Assembly (NCBI GenBank): GCA_039630085.1
Contig: JBCNVM010000005.1
Location: 14,122 to 78,121 of the forward strand
Length of the DNA stretch: 64,000 nt
Source: Candidatus Caldarchaeales archaeon
GTDB lineage: Archaea; Thermoproteota; Nitrososphaeria_A; Caldarchaeales; Calditenuaceae
Direction of reading: 5' to 3'
In this document: piece after piece, positions 1-8,940 of the stretch
How the letters are laid out: each line of letters starts with the position of its first letter
Numbering within the stretch: position 1 is the first letter of the stretch
Notes under the pieces: generated by a model
Databases searched by the model: none
What the model was told of the DNA's origin: nothing
What the model saw: the letters and a program-made list of their open reading frames with translations, nothing else
Program-made: the position numbers and the translations under genes

Positions 1-10
1 GTCGGAAGCG

Positions 11-1360
11 GTGCCCAGGCTTTTAACTCCCCGAGGACGGGGGAATGGTGTGAAGAGGACGCACGAGATCGCCGAGATCCCCGAGGAGCCCGGGAAAATC
101 GTCAAGATCGCGGGGTTCGTCGAGAACGTGAAGGAGGTCGGGAGGCTGGTCTTCGTCTGGGTGAGGGATAGGAGCGGGATCGCCCAGCTCACCCTGAGGA
201 AAGCGGAGGCGCCCGAGGACCTCCTGAAGGTCGCGAGGTCCCTGAACACCCACGACGTGGTCTCGGTCGTCGGCGTCGTCCCGGAGCGGAGGGAGGCGAA
301 GGTCGGGATGGAGCTGATCCCGAAGGAGATCGAGGTCCTCTCGAGGGCGGAGAGGCTTCCGATAGACGTGACGGGGGCCGTTGCGACCCAGCTCGACACG
401 AGGCTCGACTGGAGGCCCGTCGACCTCAGGAACCCGAAAAGCCTCGCGGTCTTCAGGATCCAGCAGTCCTTGGTCAAGGGGATGACCGAGTGGCTCGAGT
501 CCCACGGGTTCGTCCAGGTCTTCACACCCTGCATCATCGGCGCTCCCTCGGAGAGCGGTGCGGACATGTTCGAGATCGACTACTTCGGGAGAAAGGCGTT
601 CCTCAGGCAGGACCCGCAGCTCCACAGGCAGCTCCTGATGGTCGCGGGCTTCGAGAGGATCTACGAAGTCGGTCCCAGCTGGAGGGCCGAGCCCAGCCAC
701 ACGCCCAGGCACCTCTGCGAGCACAGGGGCTGCGCCGTCGAGCTGTCCTACATCTCTGACGAGCTCGATGTCATGAGGGTCGAGGAGGAACTCTTCGTCG
801 CGGGGCTGAAGAGGGTCCTCGAGGAGAGGACGAGGGAGCTCGAGGCGCTCGGCGTCGAGTTGGAGGTCCCGAGGACGCCGCTCCCGGAGCTCAGGTTCCC
901 GGAGATCTACGAGATCCTCAGCTCGATGGGCAAGGAGGTCAGGTACGGCGAGGACCTCGACAGGGAGTCCGAGAGGCTCCTCAGCCAGTACGTCCTCGAG
1001 AAGCACAATTCGGAGGCCCTCTTCATCAACAGGTTCCCGTTCGCGGTGAAGCCCTTCTACGTCATGAGGGTCGACGAGGACCCGACCTGGGCGAGGAGCA
1101 TCGACCTGGTCTACAGGGGGCTCGAGATGAGCTCCGGCGGGCAGAGGGAGCACAGGTACGAGAAGATCACGGAGCAGGTGAGGCTCAAGGGGATGAACCC
1201 TGAGAGCGTAAAGTGGTTCACCGAGTTCTTCAGGTACGGCGCTCCTCCCCACGGAGGCTTCAACATCGGGATCGAGAGGCTGACGATGGCCGTCGTCGGG
1301 GCGTCCAACATCAGGGAGGTCACGCTCTTCCCGAGAACGCCTGAGAGGTTCCTGCCTTGA
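11..1360 (+). CDS. aspS: aspartyl-tRNA synthetase (archaeal class II, non-discriminating type)
   Basis: Class II aaRS motifs (FEIDYFGRKAFLRQDPQLHRQ, GPSWRAEPSHTPRHL, SSGGQREHR, GAPPHGGFNIGIERL) and an N-terminal OB anticodon-binding domain. By alignment to archaeal AspRS (…YRTHY…) the true start is probably the GTG at 50 (VKRTHEIAEI). Confidence 0.9.
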   Translation: MPRLLTPRGRGNGVKRTHEIAEIPEEPGKIVKIAGFVENVKEVGRLVFVWVRDRSGIAQLTLRKAEAPEDLLKVARSLNTHDVVSVVGVVPERREAKVGMELIPKEIEVLSRAERLPIDVTGAVATQLDTRLDWRPVDLRNPKSLAVFRIQQSLVKGMTEWLESHGFVQVFTPCIIGAPSESGADMFEIDYFGRKAFLRQDPQLHRQLLMVAGFERIYEVGPSWRAEPSHTPRHLCEHRGCAVELSYISDELDVMRVEEELFVAGLKRVLEERTRELEALGVELEVPRTPLPELRFPEIYEILSSMGKEVRYGEDLDRESERLLSQYVLEKHNSEALFINRFPFAVKPFYVMRVDEDPTWARSIDLVYRGLEMSSGGQREHRYEKITEQVRLKGMNPESVKWFTEFFRYGAPPHGGFNIGIERLTMAVVGASNIREVTLFPRTPERFLP

Positions 1361-1578
1361 GCCGCGCCGAGAGGTTCGGGAGGCTGGCGAGGCGAGCCCT
1401 CGAGCCCGGCATCTCCGAGGAGGAGCTGTGGAGGGTCGCGGAGGAGATGGTCGAGCTGAAGCGCGAGCTGAGGTCCGAGCACGGCCTCAGTGAGGGGAGG
1501 GCCCCGTTCGCGGAGGAGGTCAGGCTCCAGTTCTCCAGGCTCAAGTCCCTTAGGGCGAACTTGGGCATCGACAGCTGA
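1357..1578 (+). CDS. small hypothetical protein (73 aa, TTG start overlapping aspS stop)
   Basis: Open frame with charged helical composition and the same codon bias. No recognisable domain. Confidence 0.25.
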   Translation: MSRAERFGRLARRALEPGISEEELWRVAEEMVELKRELRSEHGLSEGRAPFAEEVRLQFSRLKSLRANLGIDS

Positions 1579-1698
1579 AACGTAGCTCAGTCCATCGGCC
1601 GTCTCAACCGGTCCATCCCGCCCGTTCGTCTAAATGGGGAATGGTGGATCCGCTGCCTCCTGAGATTCAGTTTTATCTCGGGGCCGACGGATCGAGCC

Positions 1699-2445
1699 GT
1701 GCGGAGCGTGAGGCTCCCGGAGCGGCCCGAGGACCTTCTGCCGTCGGTGAGGGCGGCCCTCTGCAAAGAGCTGCTCGAGAGGTACGGGCTCCGTAAAGTG
1801 CAGGTCGCCTCGGTCCTCGGAGTCAGGCCCGCGACGGTCACCCACTACCTCAGCGGGAAGAGGGGCGCCCTCTGGCTCGAGGTCATCGGGTCGGACGAGG
1901 AGGCCCGTAGGATGATATCGGAGGCGGCGGAGTCGATGGCGAGGAGGCACAGGTTAGGCGTGGCCGTCGACGCCTCGAGGGAGGTGTCCGAGCTCGCGAA
2001 CAGGCTCTACTCGGTCATCGCTGGCGGACGCGCTGCCGGAGGCGCCGGAGGCCTGAGCGAGGAGGCGCTGAGCTCCATCGCGGAGAGGATCAGGTTCGAG
2101 GAGGCGGTCGCGAGGAGGGTGCTCGAGGTGATGAACAGGGTGAGGAACGTAGCAGTCCAGCAGGTCCTGAGGCAGATAGCCGTCGACAGCCTAAGGCACG
2201 CCGAGATCCTCACGCTCGTCTCTAGGGGCGTGGGGGCCGACGATGAGTCCCTGAAGTCGGACCTGGTTCTGCTGGAGGAGCTGATGAAGTACGAGTCGGA
2301 GGCCGAGGAGAAGGATCTCTCTGAGCTCGCCAGGACTGTGGGCAACCCGGCGCTCGCGGCCCTGCTCATCTCGATCGACCACGACGAGCGGAAGCACGTC
2401 GCGATGCTCGAGGTCATCCTCGGATCGGGGCGCGACGAAGTTTGA
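1699..2445 (+). CDS. HTH-domain transcriptional regulator with C-terminal helical (ferritin-like?) domain
   Basis: N-terminal winged-HTH-like segment (LRKVQVASVLGVRPATVTHYLSGKRG) and a C-terminal helical region with an H/E-rich motif (IDHDERKHVAMLEVI). GTG start about 55 nt after a TATA-like tctaaatg. Confidence 0.5.
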   Translation: MRSVRLPERPEDLLPSVRAALCKELLERYGLRKVQVASVLGVRPATVTHYLSGKRGALWLEVIGSDEEARRMISEAAESMARRHRLGVAVDASREVSELANRLYSVIAGGRAAGGAGGLSEEALSSIAERIRFEEAVARRVLEVMNRVRNVAVQQVLRQIAVDSLRHAEILTLVSRGVGADDESLKSDLVLLEELMKYESEAEEKDLSELARTVGNPALAALLISIDHDERKHVAMLEVILGSGRDEV

Positions 2446-2459
2446 GGGCGTTGATTTAA

Positions 2460-2494
2460 CGTCGTGAATTCCAGCCTAACGCGACGGAGTTTTG
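2460..2494 (+). terminator. hairpin (CGTCG-17 nt-CGACG) followed by a T4 run, 15 nt after the stop of the 1699-2445 gene
   Basis: Inverted repeat 2460-2464/2482-2486 followed by TTTT 2491-2494. Archaeal terminators are T-rich. Confidence 0.3.
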
Positions 2495-2550
2495 GGGATC
2501 TGCAGGAATTCCGGATCCCCTCCTCCAAACGATGAATTGTCTTCGTGAAA

Positions 2551-2573
2551 GGTTAATTATAACGACGTTATAA
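2551..2573 (+). promoter_or_regulatory. phnD promoter: TATA-like ttaattat overlapped by the perfect palindrome TTATAACG-A-CGTTATAA (candidate RbkR-type operator)
   Basis: The palindrome at 2557-2573 lies 11 nt upstream of the GTG start at 2584. The same core ATAACG-N-CGTTAT recurs at 45332-45344. Confidence 0.55.
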
Positions 2574-2583
2574 TCGAGCAGGC

Positions 2584-3513
2584 GTGAAACGCTGGCACCT
2601 CTTCGGGATCCTCGCGATAGGTGCGCTCGCGTTCGTCGCATTCTGGACTCTCTGGGACACGCAGACAAGAGAGGAGCCGATCGTGATCGCGATCCAGCCG
2701 ACCCAGAACCCTGCCGCAATTCTCGAGAGGGCGCAGCAGCTGAAGGAGTACCTGGCAGGAAAGCTCGGCAGACCGGTCGAGGTCTACGTCCCGACCAGCT
2801 ACTCGGCGGTGATCGAGGGGCTGAGGTACGGCAACGTCCACGCGGCTATGATGGGTTCCTGGCCCTCTGCGATCGCGGTGAGGGTCGCGGACGCGGAGGT
2901 CTACCTCGCGGAGGTGAGGACGGTGGCGATCGACGGCAGGAGGGTCGAGGGCACGTTCTACTTCTCCTACTGGATCGTTAGGCAGGACTCGCCTTACGCC
3001 GGGCTCGGGGACCTCAGGGGGGAGAGGGTCTGCTTCCCTAGCCCCATCTCATCCTCGGGTTACCTAGCTCCGCTGGCGAGGATGGTCGAGCTCGGTCTCC
3101 TCACGCGGAGGGACGACAAGCCTGTTGACCCGAAGGAGTTCTTCTCCGAGGTCTACTTCGGCGGCGGTTACCAGCAGTGCTACGAGGCCCTTATGGCGGG
3201 GAACGTGGACGTCACCGTGACTGCGGGCGACGTCGCCTACGACCTCTACCAGAAGGTAATGGCGACGACCAAGGTGATCGAGCAGCAGGGACCGCTGCCG
3301 TCCCACACGCTTGTCGTCTCGAGGAGGCTGGACCCGCGGACTAGGGAGCTCTTAGTCTCGGCCTTCGAGGAGCTCGGTAGGGAGGAGCACAGGGACCTCA
3401 TGAGGAGGCTGGTCTCCGGGCTCTTCGTCGGGTGGGAGAGGAAGGGCTCGGCGGATCACCTCGCATCCCTGCAAAGGTTTATCGAGCTGACGGGGCTCGG
3501 GTACGACGCCTGA
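2584..3513 (+). CDS. phnD: ABC transporter substrate-binding protein, PhnD/SsuA (phosphonate/phosphite) family
   Basis: N-terminal signal/TM anchor. PhnD-like motifs (IAIQPTQNP, TSYSAVIEGLRYGNVHAAMMGSW, PSPISSSGYLAP). Followed by the cognate ATPase and permease. Confidence 0.8.
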   Translation: MKRWHLFGILAIGALAFVAFWTLWDTQTREEPIVIAIQPTQNPAAILERAQQLKEYLAGKLGRPVEVYVPTSYSAVIEGLRYGNVHAAMMGSWPSAIAVRVADAEVYLAEVRTVAIDGRRVEGTFYFSYWIVRQDSPYAGLGDLRGERVCFPSPISSSGYLAPLARMVELGLLTRRDDKPVDPKEFFSEVYFGGGYQQCYEALMAGNVDVTVTAGDVAYDLYQKVMATTKVIEQQGPLPSHTLVVSRRLDPRTRELLVSAFEELGREEHRDLMRRLVSGLFVGWERKGSADHLASLQRFIELTGLGYDA

Positions 3514-3523
3514 GGGACCCCCG

Positions 3524-4231
3524 TTGAGGATATCGCTGCGGGACGTGAGCTTCGCCTACAGGCGCGGGAGACCGGTCCTCAGCTCCGTGAGCCTCGACAT
3601 CGAGTCGGGAGAGGTCCTGATGGTTCTGGGGAGGAGCGGCGTCGGGAAGACCACGCTCCTCAAGCTCGCGGCAGGGCTCCTGAGGCCCCAGTCCGGTTCG
3701 GTCGTGTACGAGGGCCTCCAGGCCGACGGGAAGGGGAGCCGGGCGGTGGCCTACGTCCCGCAGGCGATCGGGATCGTCGAGAACATCACGGTCCTCGAGA
3801 ACGCGCTCCTCGGGGCCCTCGGCAGGCTCTCGTTCTTCTCGCAGGTCGTCGGGTCGTTCCCCGAGGAAACGGTCTCACGGGCGAGGGAGGTCTGCGAGCT
3901 GTTGGGCCTAGGGGATCACGTCCACGTCAAGGCGAAGGAGCTGAGCGGCGGGCAGAAGCAGAGGGTCGCGATCGCGAGGGCGCTGGTGCAGGGCGCGAGG
4001 ATCGTCCTCGCCGACGAGTTCGTCTCCCAGCTCGACCCCCTGACGGCGCTGGAGGTGCTGGAGCTGACCAGGGACCTTAGGAAGGAAGGGATCGGGTTCG
4101 CGATCACCACGCACGACGTGCACCTCGTCCCGAAGTTCGGCGACAAGGTCGCGGTGATCAGGGACGGCCGGATCGTCCTTCATAGGGACGCCTCGAGCGC
4201 GTCCGTCGAGGAGGTCCTGAGCGTGTTTTGA
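3524..4231 (+). CDS. phnC: ABC transporter ATP-binding protein (PhnC-like)
   Basis: Walker A GRSGVGKTT, signature LSGGQKQRVAIARAL, Walker B IVLADEF, H-loop ITTHD. Confidence 0.85.
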   Translation: MRISLRDVSFAYRRGRPVLSSVSLDIESGEVLMVLGRSGVGKTTLLKLAAGLLRPQSGSVVYEGLQADGKGSRAVAYVPQAIGIVENITVLENALLGALGRLSFFSQVVGSFPEETVSRAREVCELLGLGDHVHVKAKELSGGQKQRVAIARALVQGARIVLADEFVSQLDPLTALEVLELTRDLRKEGIGFAITTHDVHLVPKFGDKVAVIRDGRIVLHRDASSASVEEVLSVF

Positions 4232-4995
4232 GGACCGGTTGGCGGACGGGCCCCAACACGGACCTGCTGATCCTCTTGGGGGTCACGCTGGTCCTGCTCT
4301 GGCACTTCGGGGCCTTCAGCCCTAGGACGATCTCCAAGCTCCCGAACCTCGGCCTCTTCCTCGCGAACGCGTTCCCTCCCGACCCGGAGCCCCTCCCGGT
4401 CCTCTTGGTCAGCATGCTCGAGACCGTCCTGATTGCGCTCGCAGGGACGGCCCTCGCGGTCATGGTCTCTGTGCCGCTGGCGTCGCTGAGCAGCAGGTCC
4501 CTCTTCTCACCGCCGGTCACCGGCGTCTTCAGGTTCGTTCTCTCGGTGATCAGGACGATACCCGCGATCCTCTGGGCGCTCCTCTTCGTCATAACGGTCG
4601 GGTTCGGGCCGCTAGCGGGCGTCCTTGGAACCGCGATGTACTCCATCGGGTATCTGGGGAAGCTCCTCTACGAGGCCTTCGACGCCGTCGACAGGGACGT
4701 GCTGGACTCGGTCAGGATCTCGGGCGCGGGCAAGCTGGCGTTAATGAGGTACGTCGTGATCCCCGAGTCCGCGAACTACATCATCAGCCAAGCGATCTTC
4801 ATGTTCGAGTACAACGTGAGGGCCTCGACGATCCTCGGCCTGGTCGGTGCCGGAGGCATCGGCTTCTACATCCTCTCGTACGTCCAGGTCCTAGACTACA
4901 GGTCCCTCACGACGGCACTGATCGTGGTCCTGGCCTTCGTAGTGGCGATAGACGTCGCGAGCGGCAGACTGAGGTCGAGGTTCCTGCCCTCCTGA
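4228..4995 (+). CDS. phnE: ABC transporter permease (PhnE-like)
   Basis: Six predicted TM segments and the PhnE-type EAA-loop region. ATGA overlap with phnC. Confidence 0.8.
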   Translation: MRTGWRTGPNTDLLILLGVTLVLLWHFGAFSPRTISKLPNLGLFLANAFPPDPEPLPVLLVSMLETVLIALAGTALAVMVSVPLASLSSRSLFSPPVTGVFRFVLSVIRTIPAILWALLFVITVGFGPLAGVLGTAMYSIGYLGKLLYEAFDAVDRDVLDSVRISGAGKLALMRYVVIPESANYIISQAIFMFEYNVRASTILGLVGAGGIGFYILSYVQVLDYRSLTTALIVVLAFVVAIDVASGRLRSRFLPS

Positions 4996-5015
4996 AGGTG
5001 ACTTGACCCCGGGTC

Positions 5016-5642
5016 TTAGAACCCCTTCGGCCTGATCGGCCTCCTCCTAGAGTGGAAGCCTCCCGCGTCCTTGAACCTCTCCTCGGCCCAGACGTTGCCC
5101 CGCTCGTGGTAGCCCCCGTTCTCCGGCCTCTCCCAGAACCCGTCCTCGTACTCCTCGATGAACTCGATCTCGTTCAGCCACTTCGCGCTCTTCCAGAGGT
5201 AGAGGTGGGGGATGAAGGGCCTCGCGGGGAACCCGTTCTCGAGGGGGATGGGCCTCCCGTCGATCCTAAGGGCCACGATCGCGTCCTCGTCGAGCGCGTC
5301 CTCTATCGGCACGGGCGCGGAGTAACCGTCGAGGCACCTGAACATCACCCACCTGGCATCGGGCTTGACGCCCGCGAGCTCCGCGAGGTGCCTGATCTGT
5401 ATTCCCTCCCACTCGACGTCCTTCACCGACCACTTGGTTACGCAGTGGGCGTCCCTGACGTACCTCCTCATCGGCATCCTGAGCAGCTCTTCGTAGGTGA
5501 AGGAGAGCGGCCTCTCGACGAGCCCGGTCACAGAGAGCCTGTAGCTGTTCAGGTCTACCCTCGGTATGCCGAGCGCCGCATAGACGATGAAGTCCCTGAC
5601 GTACCTCTGGCCCGGGGGGAGCCTCCCTTGGACCTGCTCCAT
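5016..5642 (-). CDS. molybdopterin-dependent oxidoreductase, sulfite-oxidase family (YedY/MsrP-like catalytic domain)
   Basis: SO-family Mo-binding motifs ([40 protein letters not shown]). Only the C-terminal 208 codons of the 734-aa track ORF are real; the start is the ATG at 5642-5640. Confidence 0.7.
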   Translation of the reverse strand: MEQVQGRLPPGQRYVRDFIVYAALGIPRVDLNSYRLSVTGLVERPLSFTYEELLRMPMRRYVRDAHCVTKWSVKDVEWEGIQIRHLAELAGVKPDARWVMFRCLDGYSAPVPIEDALDEDAIVALRIDGRPIPLENGFPARPFIPHLYLWKSAKWLNEIEFIEEYEDGFWERPENGGYHERGNVWAEERFKDAGGFHSRRRPIRPKGF

Positions 5643-5744
5643 GCTCCCCTTCGCCGCGTGCCCCGAGAGATATCGGTTTGTCCTGGCCGCATATCCGATG
5701 CCATCGCCCCTCAAATAAATTAACACCGGCGACGCCCTATTGGC

Positions 5745-7529
5745 ATGGATGCGCAGTACATCAGGGGGCTGGTGGAGGCCGCGCAGGGCAAGCGGAGGCT
5801 CACGCTCCTCCTGAAGGGTGCACAGGTCCTCAACGTCTACTCGGGCGAGGTGGAGGAGGCCGACGTCGGGATTTACGGCGACAGGGTCGTCTACGTGGGG
5901 AGGGACGCGCCGAGCGCGGAGACCGTGCTGAACGTCGAGGGCGTGATCGTGCCGGGCTTCATCGACACCCACCTTCACATCGAGAGCAGCATGGTCACCC
6001 CCGCCAGGTTCGCGGAGGCCGTCCTCCCGCACGGGACGACGACGGTCTGCGCGGATCCTCACGAGATCGCGAACGTCCTCGGGATCGAGGGCGTCAGGAT
6101 GATGCTCGAGAACTCGAGGGGCCTGCCCATGAGGATCACGTACTTCGTGCCGACCTGCGTCCCCGAGTCCGACGCGGTCACGGCCGGGGCCGAAATCACC
6201 CCGGAGGACGTCGAGAGGGCCCTCGACTGGGAGGGGATAGTCGGGCTGGGCGAGGTGATGGACTTCGAGTCGGTCCTCGCGGGCCGCGAGAAGTTCATGC
6301 GGATCCTCGAGATAGGCTGGAGGAGGAGGTGCGTGATAGACGGCCACTGCGTCCTCCTTTCGGGCGCGAGGCTGAACGCGTACGTCGCGACGGGCCCCGA
6401 GGCGGACCACGAGAACTTCACCGTCGAGTCCGCGGTCGAGAAGCTCAGGAGGGGGATGTACGTCAAGCTCAGGGGACCCTACATCCTTGACCCGTCGAGG
6501 TTCGTGAGGGCGATCGGTTCGCTTCCGAGCCCCTGGGACCGGGTGATCCTGGTGACGGACGACGTGATGCCTGACACGCTCGCGGAGAGGGGCCATCTGG
6601 ACTTCGTTGTGAGGTCGATGATCGAAGCCGGCATGGACGAGGTCGAGGCGGTGCGGAGCGTCACGCTGAGGCCCGCGACCCACATGAGGATGTTCGAGCT
6701 GGGAGCGGTCTCGCCGGGCAAGGTCGCCGACTTGGTCGTCCTCGGGAGCCTGAGGAGGGTCGACGCGAGGATGGTGCTCTTCGGGGGCAGGGTCGTCGCG
6801 AGGGACGGGAGGCTCGTCGTGGACCTCCCCGAGAGGAAGTTCGACAGGAGGGCCCTCGGGACCGTCAAGGTGGGGGAACTGAGGCCCGAGGACTTCGAGT
6901 TCAGGCCGCCGGTGAGCGACGGCAGGCTGGTCCTGAACGTGATCGAGTTCAGGAGGCCCGACCCCTCGGTCGGGGACGTCTCGAGGGCGTTCCTCGAGAT
7001 GATCGTGACGAAGAGGTCGACGGCGGAGGTCGAGGTGAGGGGAGGCAGGGCGATGCTCGGAGACGTGGCGCTGATGGTCGTCGTGGAAAGGCACAGGCGC
7101 ACCGGGAAGAGGGGCTACGGGTTCGTGAAGGGCTTCATGGAGAGGGGCGCGATCGCGACGACCGTCGCCCACGACTCCCACAACCTCGCGGTCATAGGGA
7201 CCGACCCGAGGGACATGCACCTCGCGGCGACCGAGGTCGTCAAGTCCGAGGGGGGACTGGTCGCGGTCCTCAACGGCGAGGTCCTATCGAGGATAGAGCT
7301 CCCCATCGCGGGGCTGATGTCAGAGGAGCCGGTGCGGGTCATGGCTGAGAAGATGAAGGGGTTCAGGAAGGCGCTGGAGAGGCTCGGAGCCATCGACCAC
7401 CCCTACATGCCGATCGTCTCGCTCCTCACGCTGTCCGTCATCCCCGAGGCCCGCGTCACCGACAAGGGGCTCTTCGACGTCAACGCGCAGAGGTTCGTGG
7501 ACCCGGTAGCGGCCGTCGTCCCCGCGTGA
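5745..7529 (+). CDS. ade: adenine deaminase
   Basis: Amidohydrolase metal ligands and Ade-family motifs ([32 protein letters not shown]). Length about 590 aa. TATA aaataaattaa about 30 nt upstream. Confidence 0.85.
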   Translation: MDAQYIRGLVEAAQGKRRLTLLLKGAQVLNVYSGEVEEADVGIYGDRVVYVGRDAPSAETVLNVEGVIVPGFIDTHLHIESSMVTPARFAEAVLPHGTTTVCADPHEIANVLGIEGVRMMLENSRGLPMRITYFVPTCVPESDAVTAGAEITPEDVERALDWEGIVGLGEVMDFESVLAGREKFMRILEIGWRRRCVIDGHCVLLSGARLNAYVATGPEADHENFTVESAVEKLRRGMYVKLRGPYILDPSRFVRAIGSLPSPWDRVILVTDDVMPDTLAERGHLDFVVRSMIEAGMDEVEAVRSVTLRPATHMRMFELGAVSPGKVADLVVLGSLRRVDARMVLFGGRVVARDGRLVVDLPERKFDRRALGTVKVGELRPEDFEFRPPVSDGRLVLNVIEFRRPDPSVGDVSRAFLEMIVTKRSTAEVEVRGGRAMLGDVALMVVVERHRRTGKRGYGFVKGFMERGAIATTVAHDSHNLAVIGTDPRDMHLAATEVVKSEGGLVAVLNGEVLSRIELPIAGLMSEEPVRVMAEKMKGFRKALERLGAIDHPYMPIVSLLTLSVIPEARVTDKGLFDVNAQRFVDPVAAVVPA

Positions 7530-7539
7530 ACCTGCGGCG

Positions 7540-8940
7540 GTGCGCAATTTGGAGCTGGACCTACTCCTGAGGGACTGCAGGGTAGCAGACCCGTTCGGGA
7601 CCTTCGAGTGCGACGTCGGTGTGGAGGGCGGGAAAATCGCGGTCATCGCGAAGTCCGTCGAGGCCCGGGCCGAGAAAGTGATCGACGCTTCCGGGAAGTT
7701 AGTCGTCCCGGGTGCGATAGACGGGCACGTGCACTTTGAGATGCAGTACGGAGGAGGGATCGCGACGGCCGACGACTTCGACTCCGGGAGCGCGGCGGCC
7801 TCGTGCGGCGGTGTCACGACCTTCATCGACTTCGTGACGCCGGAGAGAGGAGGCTCGGTCGTCGGGGCCTTCGAGGAGAGGCTTGCGGCCGCATCCGCGA
7901 GGTCGAGGATCGACTTCGGGCTCCACGTCTGCGTCCTCGAGTGGGGTCCGCGGGTCGAGGCCGAGCTGAACGAGCTCGTGGGCAGGAGGGGCGTCTCCTC
8001 GGTCAAGGTCTTCACGGCCTACAGCAGGAGGGGCCTGATGATCGACGACGGGTCCCTCCTCCGGGCGCTCAGATGGGCCGCGGGAGCCGGAGTGCTGGTC
8101 CTCTGCCACTGCGAGAACGAGTGGATCGTGCTCAGGGAGACCGAGAGGCTCGCGGAGGAGGCGAACGCGGACGTCTCGAGGTACGAGGAGAGCAGGCCGG
8201 CGGTCTCGGAGGCAGAGGCGGTCCTCAGGCTGGGCTACCTCTCGTCCGTGACAGGAGCCGAGGTCCTGGTCGTCCACCTCACGTCGGGGGCGGGGCTCAA
8301 GGCCGCGGAGGCCGCGAGGAGGATTGGAGCGAGGATGCTGGTCGAGACCTGTCCCCACTACCTCGTATTGTCCAAGGATGTCTACTCGAGGCCCGACGGC
8401 GGACTCTTCGTCATGGCGCCGCCCCTCAGGGCGAAGGAGGACGCTGAGGCCCTCTGGTCAGGGCTCGCCTCGGGCCAGATAGACGTCGTGGGGAGCGACC
8501 ACGCTCCCTACGCGTCGGCCATCAAGCTGAGGTCGAGGGACTTCCGGGAGATACCGGGAGGCGTACAGGGGACCGAGTCGATCGTCCCGATACTCTTCTC
8601 GGAGGGCGTGAGGAAGGGCAGGATAACTCTCGAGGAGTTCGTCCGCCTGACCTCCTATAACCCCGCGAGGGCCTACGGCCTCTATCCGAGGAAGGGGAGG
8701 ATTGCGGTGGGCGCCGACGCGGACATCGTCCTGATCGATCCGGAGAGGAGGGTGAGGCTCGGGAGGGACGTCCTCCACAGCAGGCTCGACTTCTCGATCT
8801 ACGAGGGGATGGAGGTGACCGGGTATCCGGTGATGACGGTCTCGAGGGGCGAGGTGGTCGCGGAGGACGGAGAGGTAACCTCGAGGCCCGGGAGGGGAGT
8901 TTACGTCCACAGGGCGACCAAGGCTCAGGGGCCCAAGTAG
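7540..8940 (+). CDS. cyclic amidohydrolase: dihydropyrimidinase/D-hydantoinase (HyuA-like)
   Basis: DHPase/hydantoinase motifs (VPGAIDGHVHFEM, SVKVFTAY, carboxylated-Lys region, VGSDHAPY). Confidence 0.8.
   Translation: MRNLELDLLLRDCRVADPFGTFECDVGVEGGKIAVIAKSVEARAEKVIDASGKLVVPGAIDGHVHFEMQYGGGIATADDFDSGSAAASCGGVTTFIDFVTPERGGSVVGAFEERLAAASARSRIDFGLHVCVLEWGPRVEAELNELVGRRGVSSVKVFTAYSRRGLMIDDGSLLRALRWAAGAGVLVLCHCENEWIVLRETERLAEEANADVSRYEESRPAVSEAEAVLRLGYLSSVTGAEVLVVHLTSGAGLKAAEAARRIGARMLVETCPHYLVLSKDVYSRPDGGLFVMAPPLRAKEDAEALWSGLASGQIDVVGSDHAPYASAIKLRSRDFREIPGGVQGTESIVPILFSEGVRKGRITLEEFVRLTSYNPARAYGLYPRKGRIAVGADADIVLIDPERRVRLGRDVLHSRLDFSIYEGMEVTGYPVMTVSRGEVVAEDGEVTSRPGRGVYVHRATKAQGPK

Noticed and set aside
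1579-1698. Possible small RNA or tRNA in the 120-nt gap after aspS
   Set aside because: No cloverleaf can be drawn (no acceptor/T-arm pairing). The region contains a TATA-like tctaaatg and is more simply the promoter/5' region of the HTH regulator gene.
2494-2520. Polylinker-like string GGGGATCTGCAGGAATTCCGGATCCCC (PstI, EcoRI, BamHI sites; a second GAATTC at 2466)
   Set aside because: This could look like cloning-vector contamination. However, it does not match pUC/pBluescript MCS order. It is itself an inverted repeat (GGGGATC…GATCCCC) nested after a hairpin plus T-run terminator, and both flanks are contiguous native high-GC coding sequence. I read it as a native terminator or operator-region palindrome.
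5016-7220. 734-aa minus-strand ORF spanning the adenine deaminase gene
   Set aside because: Only the C-terminal 208 codons (5016-5642) have protein-like composition and a sulfite-oxidase-family domain. The rest is an R/P/G-rich antisense shadow of the well-supported ade gene, typical in high-GC DNA.
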